A stretch of DNA of 64,000 bases from a virus. Taxonomy: Duplodnaviria; Heunggongvirae; Uroviricota; Caudoviricetes. The stretch covers positions 6,073-70,072 of IMG/VR virus record IMGVR_UViG_3300035682_000012. One strand, 5' to 3'. Shown piece after piece: positions 10,015-19,744 of this stretch (within the stretch, counting starts at the first letter, position 1; each line of letters begins with the position of its first letter). A program made the position numbers and the translations under genes. The notes under the pieces were generated by a model. The model did not search any database. It saw nothing but the letters and a program-made list of their open reading frames with translations, and was not told the origin of the DNA.

Positions 10015-11505
10015 TTAGCAGGTGAATGAAACACACGTGCTGTAATAACAATACGGGTCATTTTTAGGACACGATTCACATGCGCTATAACAGGAACTAC
10101 ACGCCGCCCCCGGACAAGATACTGAATTATGTTCTATTGAAACGTATGATTGGTTATTGGTTGAACCCGTTGTTTTTGTTAGAAATAACATAGCCTTATC
10201 AACCGAAATAAACCATCCTGAAAATACTCGTTTGGATTGTATATTAGATACTATCGTTTTTCTTACAAACGAAATATTACCATCAGTTGTATCTAATAAT
10301 AATACCACATCACCCGCTATTAAATTAAATAAAGCGTGAAACACAACTATACCTTCTCTTTCTATTAAATATCTTGAACCCATAGTATCTTCCCAAGTAC
10401 TATTATCTTCAAATGTTAGTGTATTTAAAAAAGTTAAAACATTTACTTTTTGTTTATTAGTAACAATATTATTAGAATAAATTGCGGTTGATGCTAATGT
10501 ATTATAGTCTAATGAACCAAATGTATTTGTTATATACCTATCAATGTTAAGTCCATTTTCATTTGGTATCTCTATTGTTTTAATAACGTCACCAATCTGC
10601 AATTCTAATGCGGTTTTAAATGTACCATCGGATAGTTCAACTTCATCGGTATCTACTAATTTAGGTAACCATGGTGTATTTGCCACTGTGTTATAGCTTG
10701 ATTTAAAGTTTGTATCTACTTCAAATGTAGTTGAATTATATGTTACATTATCTAATAACATATTTTGATTTAATTTTGTATATTGTCCTATTTGAATTGA
10801 CTCTAATGTTGCTGGATATAAAATATTTAAACTTCTTAATACAAACGAATGTCCCTCCCATTTTTTAGTAGGGTTATATAGATATTCCATTAAAAAATAA
10901 TCAGATGTTACGTTTTCTAATACTACATCTAATTCTGTTTGATTTGATACTTTATAAAATTTAGGATATTGTTCTTTATCATATCCCGGATATCTAGCTT
11001 TTAAAATAAAATTAGGATGCTCTCCATTATCATTAATATTTGTAATATTATTAACTAATGTGTTTGATTCATTCATATATGCAAATTGTGAACCAAAGGT
11101 TGAATCCTTTATTAAATTCATAAAGTTCACTTTATCTCTACAATATGTATCATCTACTAATGCGGTTGTATCATATGCACTTCTAATAATTAAAGTTTCT
11201 GCATTATCATCAATATATGGAATAGTAATTGCCGATTCACCAACTATATGAAATGCGTATATTATACTATTATTATCACAATACGTTTTTAGTTTTGCAT
11301 CCAATTTTTCTAACTGTCCGATGTAATGAATAGATGTAAAATTATTGGCTTTAATAAACGCGTCAAGTGCTGTTAAATCTAAACAATCGATATCTTCTTC
11401 TACTTTTTCAGGGCCATCCCAACCTACCGCTGTATTGATTTCAATTGGTTTTAAATTACCATCTTTGTCGTACATAAAGTCCGAACCTATTAATACTGTT
11501 CTCAT
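10015..11505 (-). CDS. hypothetical protein with Cys-rich C-terminus (496 aa)
   Basis: Long clean ORF; C-terminal 'SCPGAACSSCYSACESCPKNDPYCYYSTCVSFTC'. Confidence 0.55.
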   Translation of the reverse strand: MRTVLIGSDFMYDKDGNLKPIEINTAVGWDGPEKVEEDIDCLDLTALDAFIKANNFTSIHYIGQLEKLDAKLKTYCDNNSIIYAFHIVGESAITIPYIDDNAETLIIRSAYDTTALVDDTYCRDKVNFMNLIKDSTFGSQFAYMNESNTLVNNITNINDNGEHPNFILKARYPGYDKEQYPKFYKVSNQTELDVVLENVTSDYFLMEYLYNPTKKWEGHSFVLRSLNILYPATLESIQIGQYTKLNQNMLLDNVTYNSTTFEVDTNFKSSYNTVANTPWLPKLVDTDEVELSDGTFKTALELQIGDVIKTIEIPNENGLNIDRYITNTFGSLDYNTLASTAIYSNNIVTNKQKVNVLTFLNTLTFEDNSTWEDTMGSRYLIEREGIVVFHALFNLIAGDVVLLLDTTDGNISFVRKTIVSNIQSKRVFSGWFISVDKAMLFLTKTTGSTNNQSYVSIEHNSVSCPGAACSSCYSACESCPKNDPYCYYSTCVSFTC

Positions 11506-11541
11506 AATTTTATTTTTTCCTTATTATTTCTTATAAATATA

Positions 11542-11934
11542 CTAACTTTGTAATTTAGTAGTTCTTTTAGTATATTTTCTTTTTGGTTTTGGTAGCGATG
11601 AATTATCAATAGATGTGATTAAATCCCTTATTGCACCACATTGTTCGTATTGCTCTTTAGATACAAAGTAATCCATCATTTTATTTAGAAGGTCCTTATA
11701 TTCACTCTTATCGATAGTAGCAAACATTTTACTATCGGTGAACTTAATGATAGCAACTTCTTCTAAATTTTCTTCAATTGCACCTTTTAATATTTGTAAA
11801 ATCCAGGGATATAAGGTATCACCATTCATAGAAATATAGTTAGAAACAGCGGGAGATGCATCTTCATCAAAGTATTTTCTCCAATTAGTTTTTGCGTACA
11901 TATCGGTAATTTTTAATAATTTGTTAATATCCAT
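11542..11934 (-). CDS. hypothetical protein (130 aa)
   Basis: Minus-strand ORF. Confidence 0.5.
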   Translation of the reverse strand: MDINKLLKITDMYAKTNWRKYFDEDASPAVSNYISMNGDTLYPWILQILKGAIEENLEEVAIIKFTDSKMFATIDKSEYKDLLNKMMDYFVSKEQYEQCGAIRDLITSIDNSSLPKPKRKYTKRTTKLQS

Positions 11935-11944
11935 GTATAACTAT

Positions 11945-12673
11945 TTAATTTGTACGAACTACATCTTTTAAATAATCATCCATACTCGTAACTCTAGTTG
12001 TTACCGGCTTTACTACATCGGTTGAAGCTGGTAAATTTTCTACTATTACACTACCATCTTTGTTTTGATAAGTTTGTATTTTTGAAATTCCAGTAACTCT
12101 TGTAGTAGTATCTTCGAATAGAAATCTAATTTGATTTATAATAGCTTCATCATTTAAAATTGTTGAATCATTATTAATGTAAAATTGATATTCTACACTT
12201 TGTACACCCGCTTGAGTAAATCTACTACCCACCCCTGCTTTACTAACTGAATTGACTTGAATTGTTGATACTGAACCACTAACTGAACCCGATGGATTGG
12301 CGGCGGTAACAATACTACCACTATACGAAATTGTATTTGTTTCTACATCAGATGCAAACTTATTTTTATTATATGCTATAGCTCTAGATATATCTAATTG
12401 GACTGAAATTATATCTTTAATAGTATAATATGGATTGCCTTCATCATACGCTTTCTTTAATGCGGAAAATATATGAGATGGTATGTAAATTGAATTACCT
12501 ACACTTATAGTAAAATTAATATTATTAGAATCAAACACTTTATAGGTAATAGTATTAGGGTCTATGGTCGGTAATTCAATAAAGTTTTTGTCAAACACAC
12601 CCGTTAAAAGTGCAGTTGATTTATTCTTTATTGAATAACTACCATAATCATTTACTATTTCTCTACTAAACAT
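11945..12673 (-). CDS. hypothetical protein (start at internal ATG, MFSREIV...)
   Basis: The ORF-table N-terminal extension overlaps a small basic ORF in another frame; ATG at 12673 sits 2 nt after that ORF's stop. Confidence 0.5.
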   Translation of the reverse strand: MFSREIVNDYGSYSIKNKSTALLTGVFDKNFIELPTIDPNTITYKVFDSNNINFTISVGNSIYIPSHIFSALKKAYDEGNPYYTIKDIISVQLDISRAIAYNKNKFASDVETNTISYSGSIVTAANPSGSVSGSVSTIQVNSVSKAGVGSRFTQAGVQSVEYQFYINNDSTILNDEAIINQIRFLFEDTTTRVTGISKIQTYQNKDGSVIVENLPASTDVVKPVTTRVTSMDDYLKDVVRTN

Positions 12674-12674
12674 T

Positions 12675-12800
12675 TTATCTTCCTTGTCCTTTGTACGCCT
12701 TTGGACGTGGACTGTGTTTGTTATAAGATTTCTTTGCCGAACCGGATTTACGAGAACCAAATGAAACCTTTGATGATGTTAATGAACCTTTCTTTGCCAT
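12675..12800 (-). CDS. small basic protein (41 aa, MAKKGSLTSSKVSFGSRKSGSAKKSYNKHSPRPKAYKGQGR)
   Basis: Short ORF below the table cutoff; Lys/Arg/Ser-rich; tightly coupled to the downstream gene. Confidence 0.35.
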   Translation of the reverse strand: MAKKGSLTSSKVSFGSRKSGSAKKSYNKHSPRPKAYKGQGR

Positions 12801-12842
12801 AAATTGTTACTCCTTTGTTTAGGAATAAATATATGGAAATAA

Positions 12843-13088
12843 TTAATTCGTTGTATAAGCTACTTCATCTTTAAGGTATTTCTTAAGTGTATCGAACTCC
12901 TCTGCTTTTTCTGATACTGTCATTCTCAAACTACTAAAGATAACTTTTAAATCATCTATTGTTTGAATTTTGTTATCCCAATCAAACTCATACCAGTTAA
13001 TAGGTTGAGGTGTCGGTTGTGGTTCTTGTACCTGTGTTTCTTCAATTGGAAACAACTCTAATTGTTCTAATTCTTTTTTCTTTGCCAT
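12843..13088 (-). CDS. hypothetical protein (81 aa)
   Basis: Minus-strand ORF. Confidence 0.5.
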   Translation of the reverse strand: MAKKKELEQLELFPIEETQVQEPQPTPQPINWYEFDWDNKIQTIDDLKVIFSSLRMTVSEKAEEFDTLKKYLKDEVAYTTN

Positions 13089-13090
13089 TT

Positions 13091-13363
13091 TTATTTTATT
13101 TTATTAATGATTGTATTAAATTCTTGTCTTTCTATCTTATCTGCGTTATACATTTCAAATTCATCCTTATCCTTATCGTTTCTTAAACAAATGATATGAT
13201 ATTCATTATTCATATCCGATTTGTATATTACATCTTTAACATATCCAAATTCAGCATCATCCATTGAAGCTCTAAACCTCATTACGAATATTGGTTTAGG
13301 TTTATGGACGATATTTGGATTCACACTCATTGGTGGCGGGATTGGTATTGAATTTCCGAACAT
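13091..13363 (-). CDS. hypothetical protein (90 aa)
   Basis: ATG at 13363, immediately preceded by a CCCCCAACCCCC tract. Confidence 0.5.
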   Translation of the reverse strand: MFGNSIPIPPPMSVNPNIVHKPKPIFVMRFRASMDDAEFGYVKDVIYKSDMNNEYHIICLRNDKDKDEFEMYNADKIERQEFNTIINKIK

Positions 13364-13434
13364 AGGATTGAGAGAGGGGGTTGGGGGTGAGAGTAGTCGT
13401 TTTTAGCTTTTTTCGTAAATCGTATTTGTATATA

Positions 13435-14496
13435 TTATTTCTTTAGGTCTTTAATCTTTCCTTTACGCACTTTTGTTTTATCTAACTTAACTACCTCTTT
13501 AGTTTTATTATCAATTTGCCATTTACCCATTACCTTTTCGGTTACCTTTTGGTTTGGTTTCTTTGCATATGGTGCAAAAATTGCTTTACCATCAAATCCA
13601 CCATCATTAGATACCTCACCACTTTCCATATCTACTACATCATTAGCAAACTTAACGGGTTGGTGTTTCTCTTTTACTTCTTCATTATATCTCGCTACCG
13701 CTTTGATTAACTTTTCTTTGATTGGATTTTCGATATTGAATTCTATATTTGCTACATCGGCGTTTAAGATACCTAATTGCTCATCGATGTTATCCATTTT
13801 TAAATCAATATCTACCATTCGGTCTTTGATAAGTGCAATGGAATCATTGATACTATTAAGGATTGTATTCGATTCATAATCATATCCTTTAATGTTATCA
13901 TCCCAATCGTAAGTGTAGTGTGTACCTTCGTTACCATTTTGACCAATGATATCCATTCTTCGTTCCGCTTCCCTTTCCATTTCGTCTTCGGCATACTTTC
14001 TCATTTCTTCAACGGCATCTATATTACGTTCTTCTTCTATTGGTGTTTCACTTTCCCAATCTTTAAATTGACCTTCGTAATCTTCTTTATCATTTTCATC
14101 TATCATTTCATCATCTTCATCACCCCATTCTTTAAATTCGTGTCCTTCACTATCGGCGGTCCAACTACCAAAACCATTTTTAGCTTTCCATTCATCTAAT
14201 CTATCTTTAGGGGTACTATGACGAAGGTCCGTATATGTATCCTCATCATCAAACTTCCATTCCTCTAATTTTTCTTTTAGGTCTTCTCTTTCGTTGTCGT
14301 GAATATCGGCGGAAAGTTGTTTGATTACATCATTCCAAGAACTCATTTCAAAGCCGGAAGCAATGGTGAGACCTTTAAAAATTTCCATTAATTCACTTAA
14401 ATCAAAATCGGAGTGGTCTAATTCAATAGTTACAGTTTTACCATACATAGAAGCGGTAAACTTAGCGGGTGGGTTGGGTGTGTTAGAATATATCAT
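13435..14496 (-). CDS. highly acidic (D/E-rich) protein, 353 aa
   Basis: Long ORF, low-complexity acidic middle, C-terminal lysine-rich tail. Confidence 0.55.
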   Translation of the reverse strand: MIYSNTPNPPAKFTASMYGKTVTIELDHSDFDLSELMEIFKGLTIASGFEMSSWNDVIKQLSADIHDNEREDLKEKLEEWKFDDEDTYTDLRHSTPKDRLDEWKAKNGFGSWTADSEGHEFKEWGDEDDEMIDENDKEDYEGQFKDWESETPIEEERNIDAVEEMRKYAEDEMEREAERRMDIIGQNGNEGTHYTYDWDDNIKGYDYESNTILNSINDSIALIKDRMVDIDLKMDNIDEQLGILNADVANIEFNIENPIKEKLIKAVARYNEEVKEKHQPVKFANDVVDMESGEVSNDGGFDGKAIFAPYAKKPNQKVTEKVMGKWQIDNKTKEVVKLDKTKVRKGKIKDLKK

Positions 14497-14558
14497 TATA
14501 GTATTTTTATGTTACTATAAAGATAGTGAAAAGAAATGGAATAAAAAAATAAAATACT

Positions 14559-15752
14559 CTAAAACTTTAAGTGTTCTCGTAAGTGTGTATCAAATATAAG
14601 CCCATTACAATACTCTCTATTCTCATCCGCGATACCCATAGCAACCTCAATACGTTCTTTCCACTCACTATCACTCATATCCCTTAGCCACTCTATATTA
14701 CGGATTAAAGCGGGAATCCAACTACTATCGTATTGTTCAATCCGTTTTGAAATATCCCAATTAAAGTATATATCCCATAACTCATCCGTATATAGAGAAC
14801 GATAGGGAGTAAGTAAATTGCTTTCCATTAACTTATGTGCTAGAGGGTCAGTATGTATAAAGGGTTTACCTAAGTATAATAGCTTAATAGTTTTCTCATT
14901 GAACTTAATAAGATGTAAATGGGGAGATATAATAGGGAATGTTTCATACACTACTTCCATCTGAGAGTGTATAGTATGTTCTAAAAATTGATGTGTATAT
15001 GTGTTTCCATTCACTCCATTGTTTTGATTAGGATTAGCTAACTGAGGATTAAAATGGGGAGAAGTGTAGTTTAATAACGGCAAGTGTACTTTATTATATG
15101 TAGGTATAGTATTCGTTGTAAACTTTAATTCTACCTTATCATTTTGGAGAAAGTGTTTTGCTAATCCTATCCTTACCCTATCCGTCAACTTATTAATATG
15201 TAGACCTACTCTATGCTTTTTAGGATGATGTTTAAATACCTCACTACCATAGAAAAATATCTCACCCGGAAATTGGCCATTGTTATAATAGCTTTGTAAT
15301 GCTACCTTATTAGAAAAGATAAAATTATTGTATTTGATTAGGGGTATATCCCAAATTATCTTTACACCCTTCATTTTCTCTATTCGTTCTAATAAAGTAG
15401 TTGATGTTCTTGTTTCATTCAACATAAAATAATCTTCGGTATGTTTTGCTACAACAATTAGGACCTTTGTAGTTTCATCTAAACCCTCTAACCTATCTAA
15501 TAGAGGAAGGTAATCCGATTCCATTACACCGATAGATATGAGTAATACATTAACCCAACCCGGTCTAAATGTGCTTGTAGTGATATGTGTTAGATTATTA
15601 TATTCCCATAAGAAGTTATACCCATCTAATCTAAAATTACGGGTAGTATGGTTAGAGGACCCGAGACGGGATATATTTTTTATCTCATCCTTTGTCCAAA
15701 AATAGGGTTCTATTGATTGCCAATCCGCAATGAAGTTTACATTTATATCCAT
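14559..15752 (-). CDS. GT10-family fucosyltransferase-like glycosyltransferase, paralog
   Basis: 'EVVYETFPI ... FNEKTIKLLYLGKPFIHTDP' FucT-like motif; clear paralog of 15743..17029. Confidence 0.55.
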   Translation of the reverse strand: MDINVNFIADWQSIEPYFWTKDEIKNISRLGSSNHTTRNFRLDGYNFLWEYNNLTHITTSTFRPGWVNVLLISIGVMESDYLPLLDRLEGLDETTKVLIVVAKHTEDYFMLNETRTSTTLLERIEKMKGVKIIWDIPLIKYNNFIFSNKVALQSYYNNGQFPGEIFFYGSEVFKHHPKKHRVGLHINKLTDRVRIGLAKHFLQNDKVELKFTTNTIPTYNKVHLPLLNYTSPHFNPQLANPNQNNGVNGNTYTHQFLEHTIHSQMEVVYETFPIISPHLHLIKFNEKTIKLLYLGKPFIHTDPLAHKLMESNLLTPYRSLYTDELWDIYFNWDISKRIEQYDSSWIPALIRNIEWLRDMSDSEWKERIEVAMGIADENREYCNGLIFDTHLREHLKF

Positions 15753-17029
15753 CCTAATTCTTTTATCCTACCAAATATTGAGGTGTTATAATATACATCT
15801 TCGAAGTGTTTAATATTTTCTTTAGCGATAAGGTTTGCCTCATTTATCAAATCGTTATATTCCATTTCATCCATATCTAACAATTGTTGGATTCTCTCAA
15901 ACAATAAATCTAACCACATTGTGTTACCTACCTCTATGTAAGTATCTTTATTGAAATAACTAGCATTATACATTTGTAATAACTCCGGTCCTAATAAGCA
16001 ATCATATTGTTTAAACCCATACTCTTTTACTAAATGATACATAACAGGATCAGTATTAATAAAAGGTTTACCTAATAAAATATTCTTTAATATTTTTTCA
16101 GTAGGTTTTCTATGTGCCTTTGATGTTTCTTTGGTATTAGTTTCATATACTATATCGATATCTGAATTGATAAATAGTTTAGCTAACCCTAAGAAATAAT
16201 TTGGTGGGTGATACCCATGCTCTGCGTTTTTGTTTGGATTGTACCTTAGTGTACTACTTCGTTCTATAAAGTAAGAATCATGCTCCATATACTTTTCTAA
16301 TGGATAATTAGTTTCACTTAATAATCTATTATGATGTACGAACTGATGTTTATAGTTAATAGTTAAAAACATTTTAGGATGTGATATATAATCCGTAGTA
16401 ACAAATAGTTTAACCAGTCTATACCTTTCACCGATACCATTACCGATTGTACCCATATGAAACCCAATTCGTTTATCTTTTTTTAATCTACTGAATACAT
16501 CTTTGTTATAATAGAAATTAGTAATACCATCCCCACTCATTTCTTTTTGTAAATTAATATAATCGTAGAAATATATTTTAGGTTCAAACACTGCCGTCTC
16601 TGTATTAATCAATGGTGCGTTATGTATAACCTTTATATTATTACATTTAGAAATTTTATCAAACATTATATCCTCAATCTCACCTCTAATACTAAATATG
16701 TTTTGTTCTAAATTACCCCCAATGATTATAATTTTTACGTCCGTATTGATATATTTGTTTACTAAATCACATAATGGTTGATAATCCTCTGCAAACATTC
16801 CTATCTTTATAATATGAATTGTGTCACTACATAAATCCGTATCAGGTATAGGTTTACCTACAACGTGCTCAATGGTATATCCACCCCACTCACATTTTTG
16901 TTCCATAAAATTTTTGGTAAGGTCTTTGATTTCATCCAATTCTGCGTATGTGAAAAGTAACCCATTATCCTGCCGTTGATAGAAATTTATTTTCTTCATT
17001 GTAACATATTTAGTTTGTGTACTACACAT
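15743..17029 (-). CDS. GT10-family fucosyltransferase-like glycosyltransferase, paralog
   Basis: 'DIVYETNTKE ... PTEKILKNILLGKPFINTDP ... EYGFKQY'. Confidence 0.55.
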   Translation of the reverse strand: MCSTQTKYVTMKKINFYQRQDNGLLFTYAELDEIKDLTKNFMEQKCEWGGYTIEHVVGKPIPDTDLCSDTIHIIKIGMFAEDYQPLCDLVNKYINTDVKIIIIGGNLEQNIFSIRGEIEDIMFDKISKCNNIKVIHNAPLINTETAVFEPKIYFYDYINLQKEMSGDGITNFYYNKDVFSRLKKDKRIGFHMGTIGNGIGERYRLVKLFVTTDYISHPKMFLTINYKHQFVHHNRLLSETNYPLEKYMEHDSYFIERSSTLRYNPNKNAEHGYHPPNYFLGLAKLFINSDIDIVYETNTKETSKAHRKPTEKILKNILLGKPFINTDPVMYHLVKEYGFKQYDCLLGPELLQMYNASYFNKDTYIEVGNTMWLDLLFERIQQLLDMDEMEYNDLINEANLIAKENIKHFEDVYYNTSIFGRIKELGWI

Positions 17030-17183
17030 ATAAGTATATGATTTTCCTATACGTGAAAATTTTAACCTTACAATATTTGTGTACTAGGCTCACATATAAA
17101 AAAAATTTAATTTGTCGCATTACAAGAAATGGAGAAGTCGTATTTTTGATATCACATTTTGTGACATCAAAATTTTGGGCATG

Positions 17184-17211
17184 AAAAAACCGGATAGATT
17201 TCTCTACCCGG
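17184..17211 (-). terminator. rho-independent terminator downstream of the histone-like gene
   Basis: Minus-strand RNA CCGGGUAGA-GAAA-UCUAUCCGG (9 bp stem with one G-U pair, GNRA loop) followed by UUUUUU. Confidence 0.6.
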
Positions 17212-17245
17212 CCCTTACACTATGAAAAACTAACCAATAAAATTT

Positions 17246-17701
17246 CTATTCAAACTCTGCTTCTATTTCCTTAGCTACTGCTCTGCTCTTTTTAGCAGTT
17301 GTTATAGCGTGTTCGTTAGTTCTTAGTAAAATCTCTTGTCCTATGTACCTATTGGCTAGATTCTCGTTTACAAATCTCTTTAGTGTTCTACTCTTATATA
17401 CTACACTATATACGTCTTGCATTAAGTTTTCTGAGTAGTTACTTACTATCTTATATAGTTTTTCGTACTTTTGTCTTATTGTCTCTCTCTTTGTTAGTTT
17501 CTTAGCTATTTGTTTTTTAGCTACCGCCTTTGTTTGTTTCTTAGCTACTACTTTTTTAGCTACAACTTTTTTCTTAGGTACTGCTTTCTTTACTACCTTC
17601 TTAGCTACTACTTTCTTTGCTACTACCTTCTTTTTAGGTGTTGCTTTCTTTGTTACTGACTTAGTTACTTTCTTTGCTTTCATTGTTACTTTCTTACTCA
17701 T
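17246..17701 (-). CDS. histone H1-like lysine-rich DNA-binding protein
   Basis: Reiterated 'KKVVAKKVVAKKVVKKAVPKKKVVAKKVVAKK' in the N-terminal half, helical C-terminal half. Confidence 0.65.
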   Translation of the reverse strand: MSKKVTMKAKKVTKSVTKKATPKKKVVAKKVVAKKVVKKAVPKKKVVAKKVVAKKQTKAVAKKQIAKKLTKRETIRQKYEKLYKIVSNYSENLMQDVYSVVYKSRTLKRFVNENLANRYIGQEILLRTNEHAITTAKKSRAVAKEIEAEFE

Positions 17702-17757
17702 AATGTTATTGTTTATATGTTATTGTTTTAAAGAATTTATTTTTGTTACCGGTCCTA

Positions 17758-18048
17758 TTAGTTAAGTCCGTATTGTGTTAATATGTTATTGCCTTCAGCT
17801 ACCCGCTCTATTTTTTTGTTACGTTGCTTTACTACATCATTCATTGCCTCACCCATTGCCATAGTCATACCCATCATTTCGGGAGTCGATTGAAAGGGAC
17901 CATTTTCATCATTGAATAATTTTTCAAGTGTTTGTATCGTAGCTTCGGCGGTATGTTTAGGTGTCCTGTCACTATGTACTATTGCTACTAATACTGAATA
18001 CAATTGGCTTATTGCATTTTGTTCGTTTGTTAGTTCTCTTTTACTCAT
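17758..18048 (-). CDS. hypothetical protein (96 aa)
   Basis: Minus-strand ORF. Confidence 0.5.
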   Translation of the reverse strand: MSKRELTNEQNAISQLYSVLVAIVHSDRTPKHTAEATIQTLEKLFNDENGPFQSTPEMMGMTMAMGEAMNDVVKQRNKKIERVAEGNNILTQYGLN

Positions 18049-18239
18049 ATGTTATTATTTTATAGTTTTACTCATTGTTTGTAATGCAGTGTATAAGTTT
18101 AATAGCTTATCCAATTGCTCATTGCTCAAATTGTTCATTGCTTTACAATCTGATTCTAATGCTATACCCATTGTTAATACTACCATTTTCAATTGCTTCT
18201 TACTCATTGTAATTGTGATGTCGCTTCTTTTCATGTTGA

Positions 18240-18569
18240 TTATTTATGTGTTGAATTTAATTTATAAGATTTTTGTTGTAAGAACTCAGTCTCTATTGTA
18301 TGTGCTAGTTTCTTACCTTTGACTACATCCAGTATCCATACATTGTAAACATCAGCACCATACTTACGCATGTCCTTATGTAATAACCAAGTACATTCAC
18401 CGGTCCTAGCTTTACTCATATGTTTTTGAAATCTACGATTAGCTGCATATCGGACCGACTTAGTATGATAAAATTGTGATAAACTAGTAACACCTATATA
18501 ACACGCACCAGTGATAGTGTTTTCTATTTCGTATATTAAGTGCTTGCTATCCTTTCTTGTCTTAACCAT
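18240..18569 (-). CDS. GIY-YIG domain protein (109 aa)
   Basis: 'HLIYEIENTITGACYIGVTS' (GIY..YIG) plus downstream Arg/Glu/Asn consistent with the GIY-YIG nuclease core. Confidence 0.6.
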   Translation of the reverse strand: MVKTRKDSKHLIYEIENTITGACYIGVTSLSQFYHTKSVRYAANRRFQKHMSKARTGECTWLLHKDMRKYGADVYNVWILDVVKGKKLAHTIETEFLQQKSYKLNSTHK

Positions 18570-18707
18570 ATTACTTGCTTTTAATTGTTTGAATAATTGT
18601 TTTGATTAATACCGACCCGAATAAACAAAGTGCGGTGATAATGATAAACTCTAAAATTGAAATTGATTGACCCATAGTTGATAAAAATTGATTGATTAAA
18701 AAATTGA

Positions 18708-19112
18708 TTAAGCCCAGTACATTATAAGGATATTCTCGACCTGCTTATTACCTAATCCCATCGCCTTCAATTCACGTTTAACCGATGGTATAAATTTCTT
18801 ATCAATCTGCCCGTAGCTCATAGGGTAGTCAGAAATGATACGAGTAATTTGAGCAGACTCTTTTTTCAACATACTAAAAAACGCACACGCCTTTAAAATT
18901 TCGGGTTTGTTTCTACATACTACCTTATGCATACGACCCATAAAATCCTTAAACATTACTATTGAATTAGGTTTTACCGCGTTACTCATTTTAGTAGCAG
19001 AAAAATTAACATAAACAGGTCTCTCGTTACGAGCAGTACTATAAGCTTTGTCAGTAAATTCATTTGTCATTTTGTTATTCATATATAAAATTTTTGTTAT
19101 GTGAGGAGTCAA
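18708..19112 (-). CDS. hypothetical protein (134 aa)
   Basis: Minus-strand ORF, preceded by repeated intergenic element C. Confidence 0.5.
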   Translation of the reverse strand: MTPHITKILYMNNKMTNEFTDKAYSTARNERPVYVNFSATKMSNAVKPNSIVMFKDFMGRMHKVVCRNKPEILKACAFFSMLKKESAQITRIISDYPMSYGQIDKKFIPSVKRELKAMGLGNKQVENILIMYWA

Positions 19113-19378
19113 ACCTTCGACTCAATACATAAAGATAACCCTTTTTCGTGGACTTTTAACACGTTTTAGGTACTATTTTAAAAATTCTTTATTGACTATC
19201 AACGAGTTACGTCACCAAATATGTGGGACCGGCATAAGTCATTGACGCTGAACCACTTACATATGCTACTGAAAATCAATGACTTATGTATTTCACCCCT
19301 TCATATTAGAAAAAATCTAAATATATTCAATTTTATTAGATAATTTTCATTTCAAAGCGGTGCTATTTTAAATAATAT

Positions 19379-19744
19379 CTAACGAAACAAATCTCGTTTA
19401 CATTTCCATTTCAATTTATCCGCGAGTTCATTGGCTTGAATCTCAAATGGATTTTCATGGTAATCAAATTTTTCATCGTATTCGTAGTATTTCTTTGTAC
19501 TTTGTTTGTAGTGTGCCCATTCATGTATAATAGTATGAATGATATCAATTACAGATTTATGATTGCTTTTATAAACTGAAATTATATTATCTTCGAAATC
19601 ATAATCACCACTACTATCGTCCTCTGCAATCGTTGCCCACTCTAATGCCGGCAAAGTGTGTCTTCTATAATTCAGACCAGCATTACGTTTGCACCAATTC
19701 ATAACTCTTAGAGCATCCTTTCTTTTGAATTGTTTTATTGTCAT
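19379..19744 (-). CDS. HExxH-motif protein (putative zinc metallopeptidase-like)
   Basis: 'IIHTIIHEWAHYKQ'. Confidence 0.45.
   Translation of the reverse strand: MTIKQFKRKDALRVMNWCKRNAGLNYRRHTLPALEWATIAEDDSSGDYDFEDNIISVYKSNHKSVIDIIHTIIHEWAHYKQSTKKYYEYDEKFDYHENPFEIQANELADKLKWKCKRDLFR

Noticed and set aside
10015-11505. 'LKPIEINTAVGWDG' read as an ATP-grasp 'E-x-N-x-x-P-G' motif
   Set aside because: The motif sits at the extreme N-terminus, where no preceding ATP-grasp A/B subdomains could exist. A single short match is insufficient.
13376-13387. GGGGTTGGGG tracts as telomere-like (TTGGGG)n repeats
   Set aside because: Only two G-blocks per site with no extended array; the resemblance to ciliate telomeres is almost certainly coincidental.
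18640-18710. AAAATTGA octamers read as a Mimivirus-type early promoter
   Set aside because: They are on the plus strand with no plus-strand gene downstream. Gene organisation (co-directional, stop-start overlaps, alternative start codons) is prokaryotic-viral rather than giant-virus-like.
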